DNA of 46,869 nt from a virus (lineage: Duplodnaviria; Caudoviricetes): positions 1-46,869 of the IMG/VR virus record IMGVR_UViG_3300028588_000034. The stretch is one strand, 5' to 3'. A program made the translations under genes and the position numbers. Shown here piece by piece: positions 27,302-35,442 of this stretch (the stretch's first letter is position 1; each line of letters starts with the position of its first letter). Under the pieces are notes generated by a model. The model had not been told where the DNA came from. It saw only the letters and a list, made by a program, of their open reading frames with translations, and did no database searches.

Positions 27302-27549
27302 GCCCCGCCCGCTACAAGCCGCGCCTGTCGCTCCTCCCGATCGTGCCGGTTCGCTGGCGGTCGCCGTCGCCTAAACCCGACGAGACGATCCGCCGTAGCT
27401 GGCGGCTGTTCCTGTTCGGCGTCGTGCCGGTCGCCACCGTCCCGCGCGGCGTGGTTGCTCCGATCCTCGCCAAGCTGTTTCCGGTCTGTCCGGCTTGCGG
27501 GGATAAGCCCGTCATGTGCCGCAATTGCCTTGAGGGGTCTGTGATATGA
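27298..27549 (+). CDS. Hypothetical protein with C-terminal CxxC..CxxC
   Basis: GTGA coupling; CPAC..CRNC. Confidence 0.55.
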   Translation: MSPARYKPRLSLLPIVPVRWRSPSPKPDETIRRSWRLFLFGVVPVATVPRGVVAPILAKLFPVCPACGDKPVMCRNCLEGSVI

Positions 27550-27728
27550 TGACGCCGAAAGAGATTGGTCAACAGGACTACGCCGAGGCCAAGTCGCGCA
27601 AGGACAACCCCTATCGCAATTCGGGACCGTCGCGGTCGGCGTGGTTCGTTGGCTGGGATTCTGCCGAAGCGGCGGATCTCGTGCGCGCGACGGGTTCGGT
27701 ATTCGGTCGCGCCGTGGTGTGGTCGTGA
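27546..27728 (+). CDS. RMF/CrpP-fold-like small protein
   Basis: GQQDYAEAKSRKDNPY..RSAWFVGW. Confidence 0.6.
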   Translation: MMTPKEIGQQDYAEAKSRKDNPYRNSGPSRSAWFVGWDSAEAADLVRATGSVFGRAVVWS

Positions 27729-27925
27729 GCGATCCCCGTCTCGTCGCCCTTCGGGTGCTGCGCGACTGCGGTGTCGTGTTCACTGGAGCGGGCCGGACCG
27801 ACTTCGGCGGATTGGTGTCCGAAGGCTTGGCGGACGTAACTCGCGTTCTCTGCATCGGCGCGTATCGCTATGACTATAGCCTCACGGCTCGCGGCAAAGC
27901 CCTCGCCGAAAGCATGTGGCCGTGA
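27725..27925 (+). CDS. Hypothetical protein (winged-helix-like tail)
   Basis: GTGA coupling; LVSEGLA..YSLTARGKALA. Confidence 0.55.
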   Translation: MSDPRLVALRVLRDCGVVFTGAGRTDFGGLVSEGLADVTRVLCIGAYRYDYSLTARGKALAESMWP

Positions 27926-28107
27926 TCCGCTACCTCGTCACGACCTTTGCGGGCAAGTCGGGCGCGTACCTGTCCCGCCCCGGCGACTGGGGAAACCTAC
28001 CGCATACGAGCGTCAAGGCCGCGACCGAGGCGGCGAAAGAGGACGCCGGAGCCGCCCCGCATACCGTCGAAACGCGGCACGTCGCGCAACAGAAAAGGAA
28101 ATCCTAA
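27922..28107 (+). CDS. Hypothetical protein
   Basis: GTGA and TAATG coupling. Confidence 0.55.
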   Translation: MIRYLVTTFAGKSGAYLSRPGDWGNLPHTSVKAATEAAKEDAGAAPHTVETRHVAQQKRKS

Positions 28108-28253
28108 TGGCTGACTATCGCGATCGTCCGCCGGTCGACGAGCCGAAGATCATCGATCTAACGCCTCGCCGCGCGCTCGAAATCGCTTTCATCTGGATTT
28201 GCATCCCGACCGCGGGCTATTACGCCGCCGTCGCGCTCGGGCTCGTCTCGTGA
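28107..28253 (+). CDS. Small membrane-anchored protein
   Basis: AGGA RBS; C-terminal hydrophobic segment. Confidence 0.55.
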   Translation: MADYRDRPPVDEPKIIDLTPRRALEIAFIWICIPTAGYYAAVALGLVS

Positions 28254-28405
28254 AGTCGATCCCCGATCAGGTCCGCGAGGCTATGCAAGAGGTCGCGCGA
28301 CTCGCAAAGGCGCGTGGTGACGAGGTCGCGGCCTACAACCTTTCGTCGGCCGCGTTCCTGCTCGACGGCGAGGATCTCGTTAAGCTTCGGAACCTCCTCC
28401 GATGA
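28250..28405 (+). CDS. Hypothetical protein
   Basis: GTGA and ATGA coupling. Confidence 0.55.
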   Translation: MKSIPDQVREAMQEVARLAKARGDEVAAYNLSSAAFLLDGEDLVKLRNLLR

Positions 28406-28905
28406 CCCCGCGCGAGAAGATCGCCGCGATATTTGCGAAGGCGCGGTCGACGACCTCGCCGCACGAGCGGGACAACGCCGTCACGTTGGGGACAAGGCTC
28501 GCGGAAAAGGCGGGCCTCTCGCTCGACCTGTTCGACGTGCCGGGGAGGGTGAAGGCGAAACCGGCGCGGCCGACGATGACGGTTCATGCGGCGGAAGGTG
28601 TCTATTCCGACGCCGCCATGACTGCCGCGTTTATGGCTATGACGGAGGCGCTTCGATCGCAACGGTTCCGGTCGAGCATGTCGGCGCAAACCGAGGCCAT
28701 GCAGCGCGCGACCGAGGAGATCCGAAAGACGTCCGATAAGCTCCAAGAGTTGCGACAGGCGCAATATCGAGCCGGGCTCCAGCCTAAGACGTGCCCGATT
28801 TGTAATTCCCGAATAACTACGGGTGTTCGCCATACTTGCCCGAACGAGCGGCCAAGTTGCCCTGCTTGCGGAGGATTCTCCTCTCTATGTTCGGTGTGTT
28901 CGTGA
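28402..28905 (+). CDS. DUF2786-like N-terminal domain protein with C-terminal Cys clusters
   Basis: REKIAAIFAKARSTTSPHERDNA..LAEKAGLS; CPIC..CPAC..CSVC. Confidence 0.6.
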   Translation: MTPREKIAAIFAKARSTTSPHERDNAVTLGTRLAEKAGLSLDLFDVPGRVKAKPARPTMTVHAAEGVYSDAAMTAAFMAMTEALRSQRFRSSMSAQTEAMQRATEEIRKTSDKLQELRQAQYRAGLQPKTCPICNSRITTGVRHTCPNERPSCPACGGFSSLCSVCS

Positions 28906-29390
28906 GGGTCGACCTCTATACCGACGCCGGGATCAAGGACCGGGTCGCGACATGGGCGACCGTGGCGATCATCCCCGACGCCGCCGGTCCGATCGAGGCG
29001 TCGGGCCGGTTGCGCGCCGACACGCATTGCAGCTCGACCGCCGAACTCCGTGCCATTGCGAACGCGCTCCACAAGCTGCTGCGTAACGGCGATATCAGGC
29101 GGGGCGACGAGGTCCGCGTCTTGACCGATAGCCGGTCGGCGGTCGAGCGAATCTCGGGGCGCGTGGTGAAGCGGCCGGAGTCGACGATGGCAAAGGCGGC
29201 GCTCGTAATCGCGAAGATCGTCGAGGTCCACGGGATTGCGGTGTCGGCGGTCTGGATACCGGGCCACAAGCCCGACGGACACTCGCCGCACGCGCGCTGG
29301 AACAACCGGTGTGACGCGTTGTGTCGGGCGGCTCGGGACGGCGTGAAGCCTCGCCGGCTTGGCCGATTGTCGCTCGGGTGTGCCGCGTGA
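28902..29390 (+). CDS. RNase HI-like protein
   Basis: LYTDAG, STAELRAI, VLTDS, WIPGH, NNRCDAL (D-E-D-D plus His). Confidence 0.88.
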   Translation: MRVDLYTDAGIKDRVATWATVAIIPDAAGPIEASGRLRADTHCSSTAELRAIANALHKLLRNGDIRRGDEVRVLTDSRSAVERISGRVVKRPESTMAKAALVIAKIVEVHGIAVSAVWIPGHKPDGHSPHARWNNRCDALCRAARDGVKPRRLGRLSLGCAA

Positions 29391-30058
29391 AGGTCGTCGT
29401 TCTGTTCGAGGAGAGCGGGGTCGTGCGCGATACCTTCGCGGCGCGCGGACATGAGGCGATCTCCGTTGACCTCCGCCCGGCTCGGCATGGCGGCCCGCAT
29501 ATCGTCGCCGACGTGTTCCCCTTCATTCGTGCGGGGGGACTTCGTGGCGCGCGGCGCGTGATCGCCCATCCGACTTGCACCTATTTGAACAACGCCGGCT
29601 TGCACTGGAACGAGCGGATTTACGGGCGCCACGCTTGCACGCTCCACGCAATCCATACGACCAAGCTCTTATTCAAGCTTCTCGACGACTGGGTCGAGGA
29701 GGAGGGCGACGGCGCCGGCTATGCGGTCGAAAACCCGCAAGGCATCATTGGGACGGAGGTTTGCCCTCCCCATGCCCTGCCGCAAACGCTCCAGCCGTTC
29801 AATTTTCGCGAGGATGCGAGCAAGGCAACGGTGCTTTGGCGCCGCAACCTCCGCAAGTTACGCGCGACCGGTCGTGCGACGCCGCGGATCGTTGACGACG
29901 GCCGGGCGCAATTGGGTCTGTTCGGGACAGGTGTCGAGCGCTGGAGCAACCAAACGGATTCCGGGCAAAACAAGTTGGCGCCCTCGGCCGATCGCTGGTC
30001 GGAGCGGTCGACGACATATCAAGGAATCGCGGACGCGATGGCGGAGCAATGGACATGA
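29387..30058 (+). CDS. Phage DNA cytosine methyltransferase-like protein
   Basis: FEESGVVRDTF, IAHPTCTYL, AVENPQG, SKATVLW, TYQGIADAMAEQW. Confidence 0.78.
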   Translation: MKVVVLFEESGVVRDTFAARGHEAISVDLRPARHGGPHIVADVFPFIRAGGLRGARRVIAHPTCTYLNNAGLHWNERIYGRHACTLHAIHTTKLLFKLLDDWVEEEGDGAGYAVENPQGIIGTEVCPPHALPQTLQPFNFREDASKATVLWRRNLRKLRATGRATPRIVDDGRAQLGLFGTGVERWSNQTDSGQNKLAPSADRWSERSTTYQGIADAMAEQWT

Positions 30059-30270
30059 CGATCAGGACGGACCTAGACGCGGCCCTTGCGGTCGAACTGG
30101 ACAAGCGCCAGGCGGGCAAGCGCGAGAAGCCGGATACGCGTTGGATTATGGGCGGGTCGGCGTTCCAGGCGCTTGCGGCCGAGGAGCGCGACGCCACCTT
30201 ACGCCTCCAGTATCGCGGGTATCCGATCGAGTTGACCGACGAGTTTCCCGGCTGGATTTTACGCTCGTGA
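30055..30270 (+). CDS. Hypothetical protein
   Basis: GGAG RBS, ATGA coupling. Confidence 0.6.
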   Translation: MTIRTDLDAALAVELDKRQAGKREKPDTRWIMGGSAFQALAAEERDATLRLQYRGYPIELTDEFPGWILRS

Positions 30271-30464
30271 ACCGCCCCCTTCTCCGCGAGGACTTCCCTC
30301 TCGCCGTCGCCGGGAACCTGATCCTGTCGCCGATCCGCCGCGAGCCAGTGCTAGTCGCGGCCGACTGCGCCCTCGCCTCGCAAATCGCTTGGTCGCTCAA
30401 CATTGCCGCGGCTCAAGAGGTCGGGTTCGAGCTGCGCCTCGAACCGTGGCTCGTGGTGCATTGA
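30267..30464 (+). CDS. Hypothetical protein
   Basis: GTGA and TGATG coupling. Confidence 0.5.
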   Translation: MNRPLLREDFPLAVAGNLILSPIRREPVLVAADCALASQIAWSLNIAAAQEVGFELRLEPWLVVH

Positions 30465-30646
30465 TGGCATACCCGTATTATCCGACCGCGCGCCCCCGCA
30501 ACGCGTTCGCGCTCCTCCCGCCCGCGCAAAATATCCTCGACCGCGCGCGTCGGGCGGGGGTGAACACGCTGCTACGGCCCGAGGTCGAGGCTTGGCGGCG
30601 TGCTGGTCGGCCCGCGACTTGGATTAATGGGAGGCTCGACCGATGA
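30464..30646 (+). CDS. Hypothetical protein
   Basis: TGATG and ATGA coupling. Confidence 0.5.
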   Translation: MAYPYYPTARPRNAFALLPPAQNILDRARRAGVNTLLRPEVEAWRRAGRPATWINGRLDR

Positions 30647-31107
30647 CGTATCGCCTCTCGCCGATCACGGGTCGAGAAGCCCGCGTTTGGGTGTCCGACG
30701 TGCATCGCCATTTGCCGCGTGTGCATGGCGCGCTGTTTGCGGTCGCGGTCGAACTGGACGGGGTTCGGGTCGGCGCTGCACTTGCTGGCAACCCGGCGCG
30801 GGTATGGCTCGGGACCGGTCGGTTCGTCATTACGCGATGCGCGGTCGTGTCCGGCTTGCCGCTGGTCGGCGATCATGCCGCCCCGGTGTGTTCGATGCTG
30901 TACGGAGCCCTTTGTCGAGCTGGCAAGGCTCTCGGGTATGTCGAGGCGTGGACCTATACCCTACCCGGCGAGGATGGTCGTTCGATCCGTGCGGCGGGGT
31001 TCGAGTATCAAGGCGAGACGAGCGCCGAGGAATGGGATCGGCCTGGTCGAGCCCGCCCCGCTGCGGTCGATCCGCGCGCTAAGGGACGGTGGAGGCGCCG
31101 ACTATGA
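30643..31107 (+). CDS. XF1762-family / Mom-like GNAT-fold protein
   Basis: PITGREARVWV..HRH..GNPAR..CSMLYGA..ALGY..TYTLPGEDGRSIRAAGF..KGRW. Confidence 0.78.
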   Translation: MTYRLSPITGREARVWVSDVHRHLPRVHGALFAVAVELDGVRVGAALAGNPARVWLGTGRFVITRCAVVSGLPLVGDHAAPVCSMLYGALCRAGKALGYVEAWTYTLPGEDGRSIRAAGFEYQGETSAEEWDRPGRARPAAVDPRAKGRWRRRL

Positions 31108-31427
31108 CCGACGACGCCGACGACCTGTTCGCGCCGAGGCCCGCGCCGGTTCGTGTGAAGACGCGGAAAACGCCGCCGAGCCATGCTACTTGCGTTATTC
31201 GGGAAATCGAGCCGGATATTTGCGCGACGCCGATTGTGTCGTTCACATGCCGTTGCGGAGGCTGCGAGGAGATCAAGGCTCCATGCCCAAGCGCGATCGA
31301 CTGTTTCCATTGCGGCGGCCTGGAAACAATGCGCGCCTATGCCCCGCGGTTCACGCCTCCGCATACCGCCGGGCGCCCCTTGACCGAAATCGAGCGCGAA
31401 GGCATGAGGCTCGACAGCCACCGATAG
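31104..31427 (+). CDS. Cys-rich zinc-ribbon-like protein
   Basis: GGAGG RBS; CRCG..CFHCG. Confidence 0.6.
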   Translation: MTDDADDLFAPRPAPVRVKTRKTPPSHATCVIREIEPDICATPIVSFTCRCGGCEEIKAPCPSAIDCFHCGGLETMRAYAPRFTPPHTAGRPLTEIEREGMRLDSHR

Positions 31428-31531
31428 CTCCTCGACCCGCCCGTTCGGATCGACAAAAGGATCGAGGGTTAGACAACGTCCGGGGCCTGTCGTGGATTGT
31501 CGGCGGCGATGAACGACCCCGGAGCCACCCC

Positions 31532-32404
31532 CTAGAACCCGAAGCGCGCAAGCTGGCGACCAATGTCCTCGCGCGACTTAGCCGCGATCACGGCGTCCCA
31601 AATGTCCCCGCCCTGTTGCGCCGTCTTGCGCGGATCGACCGCGGGTAGGCCAGGCATCCGGCCGCCCTCGCGATCGTTCGTCGCCGCGACCATTTGTTCG
31701 AGCTGCGCGGCGATCGGCGCGACGGGAGCGAGGAACACGGGCGGGCCTAGCCGCTTCTTGCGGTCCTCTAGGTCGTCGTCGCTCGTGATGCCGCCAGCGT
31801 AGCGCGCGAGTTGGGATCGGCTCATTTGAACGACGTCGCATCGGCAACGGAAGCCGAGCGGGGGCCAGTAGATCGTCCAAAACGGGTGATCGACGGGGAG
31901 AATGATCCCGTCCCACGCGCGATGATCCGAGTTCTTCGACTTCGGCGGGTGGCGAACGCGATCGTCCTGCACCGTGAAGGCGCGGAGATACGGAAACAGG
32001 TCTTTCGATCGCTGGTATCCGGTCCAACGCCCGGCCGCCCGCGCGAGCCGCATGTTCGTGTCATAGATCAGCTTGACCCGTGTTGCGATCTGCCCGTCGT
32101 CGCCCTCAAGCCACCCCTTCGCCTTGAGCGTCGGGATCACGAGCGATTGAAAGTCGGCGAGCGAGCCTCCGACCGATACCGCGTCGATCAGCGCGTAATA
32201 GAGATCACTGGCGATATCAGTGCCGGCCGTCTGCGCTGCGGTGAAGGCCCGCGCGTATTCCTCCGGGCCTAGCTCGTAATACGGACCGATTGCGGTCGGG
32301 TCCTTGGCGAGGAGCCACGCCTCGATATCGGCCGCGTCGAGCTGGAGCGGGCGGAGCTTCCGGGTCGCTCGGCGGGTGCGGGGATCTTCGCTGTCAAACT
32401 GCAT
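31532..32404 (-). CDS. Minor head protein, Mu gpF / SPP1 gp7 family
   Basis: RAFTAA..IYDTNMR..PYLR..DDRVR..HRAWDGIILPVDHPFW..PPLGFRCRC. Confidence 0.92.
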   Translation of the reverse strand: MQFDSEDPRTRRATRKLRPLQLDAADIEAWLLAKDPTAIGPYYELGPEEYARAFTAAQTAGTDIASDLYYALIDAVSVGGSLADFQSLVIPTLKAKGWLEGDDGQIATRVKLIYDTNMRLARAAGRWTGYQRSKDLFPYLRAFTVQDDRVRHPPKSKNSDHRAWDGIILPVDHPFWTIYWPPLGFRCRCDVVQMSRSQLARYAGGITSDDDLEDRKKRLGPPVFLAPVAPIAAQLEQMVAATNDREGGRMPGLPAVDPRKTAQQGGDIWDAVIAAKSREDIGRQLARFGF

Positions 32405-32420
32405 CCGGGCTGGATACGCG

Positions 32421-32449
32421 AAAGGCCGCCCCTCGGAAAGGGACGGCCT
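32421..32449 (-). terminator. Intrinsic terminator
   Basis: AGGCCGTCCCT-TTCCG-AGGGGCGGCCT then TTCGCGTATC. Confidence 0.6.
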
Positions 32450-32477
32450 CTAAACGGCTCGCGCGTGGTGCGCGGGC

Positions 32478-32735
32478 TTAGGTGTTGCGGTCGGCCGAGC
32501 GCCGCGAGACTCCGGCCTCGTGTCGGTTCGGCTGGTAGAGCGCCGACGAGATACCGACCGAACCGCCGCCGGAAAGCATCGGAGCGGAAACCGGCTGTCG
32601 GATCTGGAACGGTTCGGCGATGACGTCGACCGCGAACAGGACGGCGCGTTCGATCAGGCTCGCCGTATGGCTCGCGAAGCTCGCGGCGGCGATGATGACG
32701 GCGGATAGGATAAATCGAAAATGTCGGAGGGCCAT
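32478..32735 (-). CDS. Small protein with hydrophobic N-terminus (85 aa)
   Basis: AAAGGA RBS; MALRHFRFILSAVIIAAASF..RHEAGVSRRSADRNT. Confidence 0.7.
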   Translation of the reverse strand: MALRHFRFILSAVIIAAASFASHTASLIERAVLFAVDVIAEPFQIRQPVSAPMLSGGGSVGISSALYQPNRHEAGVSRRSADRNT

Positions 32736-32784
32736 GTCGGTTCCTTTCGGTTGGTCGTGATGATCGACCGGGCGACGATACGCG

Positions 32785-32975
32785 AACGGCCCCACCGTTG
32801 CCAGTGGGGCCGAGCGATGCGAGCTAGTCGTTACCCTAGCGATGTGTTTCCCGTTGGTCCCGAAGGACTTTCAGAGCGGAGCGGCCACCTACCTACCTAA
32901 AGCCCTCGGCTGATCTTTATTGGCCCCGAGGGAGCCTAGCGCGTCTCCGAATATCCGCGCCGTCGCAACGTCCGA
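32785..32975 (-). ncRNA. Candidate structured RNA
   Basis: Five consecutive stems including a C(UUCG)G tetraloop and a possible pseudoknot; no credible ORF. Confidence 0.4.
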
Positions 32976-33017
32976 CGTTCTGCAAAACCGCGGCGGAATA
33001 TGCAAGCCCTATGCGCG

Positions 33018-33203
33018 TCAGAACGGCAACCGCAACGCTATCTTTCGTTCTCGCCGCTTGTCCCGCCGGGCTCGGGCTCGACGCTCGCTCGGCGTCATGG
33101 GCGGGAGGTCGCGTTCTTCGGGGAGGCCCGCGTCGAGAGGGTCGAGCCATCCCGCCGCGAACGCCGCCAAGATCCCGGCGGTCCCTCCCCGAACCCGTGT
33201 CAT
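33018..33203 (-). CDS. Small Arg-rich protein (61 aa)
   Basis: ATGA-coupled to the upstream micro-ORF. Confidence 0.5.
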   Translation of the reverse strand: MTRVRGGTAGILAAFAAGWLDPLDAGLPEERDLPPMTPSERRARARRDKRRERKIALRLPF

Positions 33204-33271
33204 CCGGCGATCAGCCCGACGACGATCGCGACGAGGGCGAACGCGAGGATAGCGGCGCGGTAGTGCGTCAC
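33200..33271 (-). CDS. 23-aa single-TM micropeptide
   Basis: GTGA overlap with the portal stop; MTHYRAAILAFALVAIVVGLIAG. Confidence 0.45.
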   Translation of the reverse strand: MTHYRAAILAFALVAIVVGLIAG

Positions 33272-35442
33272 GCGTCGACCTCGTCATCTGCACCGACTAC
33301 GCCGCCCGCCCGTTCGGCAAGGAGCGGGATTGCGAGCGCCTTGGCGAGCGCGGTCGGGTTGAACCGCTCGATCGACTCAAGGATCGCGACACGCGCGCCC
33401 TCGACCGACGTCACGCCTTGCAAAGCGTCCTTCATTCCCTCGCCGATCGCGCGGAACAGTGGCGAATCCTCGCGAACCGATGCCTCGACGAGCCGGTCGA
33501 TCGCGTCGAACTGATCCCCGGCCGTGAAGTCGAGCTTTGCCGGATCGACCGGGTCCGTCTTGATCGGCTCGAACACTTCCGGCCCGAACTTCAATTCGCC
33601 GAGGAAAGGTTCGACCTGGGCGAGATCTAGGTCGGGATAGCCATAGCCGAGCGTGATATGCGGCTTGAACTCGGGATAGTCCGACGACGCGCCGCGCTCG
33701 ATCATGCTGTCGTGACGCCAGCGGAGGCCGGGCGCATTGAACCGGAGAACGATCGCGTCGCCAAAACGCTCGACGAACCGCGGCCCGCCCTCCCGAATAG
33801 TCTCCTCGGCGCCGTCCCATCCCTCGCCGGCCATGTCGAACCAATCGACGGGCGTTTTCGAGTAAAGCACCGTGACGTGCATATCGGGAACCGGCTCCGT
33901 AATGCCGATCGAGCGCGCATAGGCGGCGAGCTTGGTCGCGGTCGACGTCATTGCCTTGCGCGAGACGTAGAGGGCCGAGAACGGCTCGTCGCTGCCCTGC
34001 GCTGCAAACTCGGTGATCTTGGCCTTTTTCGCCGCCTTGATATCGACGACGTTCGAGCCCGGCGCGGCAATAGCGCCCGCCTTTGCCGTAGCGAGCGCCG
34101 CCTCGCGCGCGTTCTTCTCCGCCGTCGTCTCGCGGTCGACCTCGTAGCCGTCGCCGTAGGTGGCCTTGACGCTGTCCTCGCTGCGCTTGATCCCGATGCC
34201 GTCGAGATCAACGTCGCGCTTCGCGACCGCGCTAAGATCCTCGCCAGCCTTGAGGATGCGACGAACGATCGGGGGCTTGACGTCGCCGCCGTGGTTCCAA
34301 CGCGTGATCCATGCCCCGAACGTCGAGCCGATACCGTCCGTAATGAGGTCGGAGTCCGCCTTTACGATCTCCTCCTTGACGCCCGCGTGTTCTGTGGCCT
34401 GATTGGAATTGAGGCCGCTCGATACCCCCTTAGACGTGCCAGGTTGCCCGAGGACAACGCGCATGATCCCCTCGTTATTCTCGGAAACGAAATCCTTGTA
34501 ACCCTGGACATTGTTCCCGCTCCTCGCGCTCTCCATGATCTTGACGAGTTCGCTCTTGAGGTAGTCGGCCGGGAGGAGAACGGCGCTATCCTGCCCGATC
34601 GAAACCGCCGCCTCTAGAAGCTCCGACTTGCGCTTGTTGTCGTCCTTGTCCGCGTCTGCGAACCCGATCGCGACGGTCGGGCGGCCGAGCTTTTCGAGGT
34701 AGAGCGCCCAAAACTTGATCGCGGCGCGCTTGAAGAAAATGGGCCAGTAGCACCAATGCGCGAGGCCGAGCCCGTAGAACGCAAAGTCGTGCGTCCCGCC
34801 AGTGCGGAGCGTTAGGAACTTGTTAGCGGGTAGCTCCTCGCCCTCCAGCGAGGCAAGCGTTCCGATGAACCGCAATTCGCCCTCAAGCGTGAACCCGAAC
34901 CAACGGCGATCGGGGACCACGATATCCTTGAGCCACACGATCGTACGCCCGTCGTGCTGGCGCATTTCATAGACGCCCTCGGCGACGCCGTACCCGTACC
35001 AGATTGTATAGTGGAGCAACCCGGTAACGCGATCAAAACCGAGGCTGTCGATCATGGCGCGGAAGTCGTCGGCCGCCTTGATCGAGCGCGGATCTTTGTC
35101 GTCGCCCGGCACGACCTCGTATTCCTTCGACGTGATCGCCAAGCGCCGCTGCTGGAGCGTCGACATAGCCGTCTCGTCGGAGAGGAGCGCCTCGTAAAGC
35201 TTGAGCCCGCTGCCATCCTTCGCGAGGATCGGGTCGTCGTTCCCCGATATCGCCTTTTGCCATAGCGCGGGAATCCATGACGCGTCCGGCGATCGAGACA
35301 CCATGCCGTTGAGGCTCGGGGGGGCGTTGTCGTCCTGCGGGGACGCCTGTCGGATCGGCGCGACGTCTAACCCGGTGTCGCTGATCGGGTCGAGCATCCC
35401 GACGCGTTCGAGGGGGCGGCGGATGATCGAAGGGAGGGCCAT
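33268..35442 (-). CDS. Portal protein (Mu gp29 / DUF935-like) with inserted Acb1-like 2H phosphoesterase domain
   Basis: LQQRRLAIT, YGYGVAE, YGLGLAHWCYWP, WALYLEKLGRP, VLGQ; insert LYVSRK..MHVTVLYS..LRWRH..GASSDYPEFKPHITL. Confidence 0.9.
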   Translation of the reverse strand: MALPSIIRRPLERVGMLDPISDTGLDVAPIRQASPQDDNAPPSLNGMVSRSPDASWIPALWQKAISGNDDPILAKDGSGLKLYEALLSDETAMSTLQQRRLAITSKEYEVVPGDDKDPRSIKAADDFRAMIDSLGFDRVTGLLHYTIWYGYGVAEGVYEMRQHDGRTIVWLKDIVVPDRRWFGFTLEGELRFIGTLASLEGEELPANKFLTLRTGGTHDFAFYGLGLAHWCYWPIFFKRAAIKFWALYLEKLGRPTVAIGFADADKDDNKRKSELLEAAVSIGQDSAVLLPADYLKSELVKIMESARSGNNVQGYKDFVSENNEGIMRVVLGQPGTSKGVSSGLNSNQATEHAGVKEEIVKADSDLITDGIGSTFGAWITRWNHGGDVKPPIVRRILKAGEDLSAVAKRDVDLDGIGIKRSEDSVKATYGDGYEVDRETTAEKNAREAALATAKAGAIAAPGSNVVDIKAAKKAKITEFAAQGSDEPFSALYVSRKAMTSTATKLAAYARSIGITEPVPDMHVTVLYSKTPVDWFDMAGEGWDGAEETIREGGPRFVERFGDAIVLRFNAPGLRWRHDSMIERGASSDYPEFKPHITLGYGYPDLDLAQVEPFLGELKFGPEVFEPIKTDPVDPAKLDFTAGDQFDAIDRLVEASVREDSPLFRAIGEGMKDALQGVTSVEGARVAILESIERFNPTALAKALAIPLLAERAGGVVGADDEVDA

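Noticed and set aside
32847-32875. Hammerhead ribozyme (CUGAAA-GUCC-UUCG-GGAC)
   Set aside because: Core deviates from CUGANGA...GAAA (CAAC follows the stem) and flanking stems were not found; kept only as part of the generic ncRNA candidate
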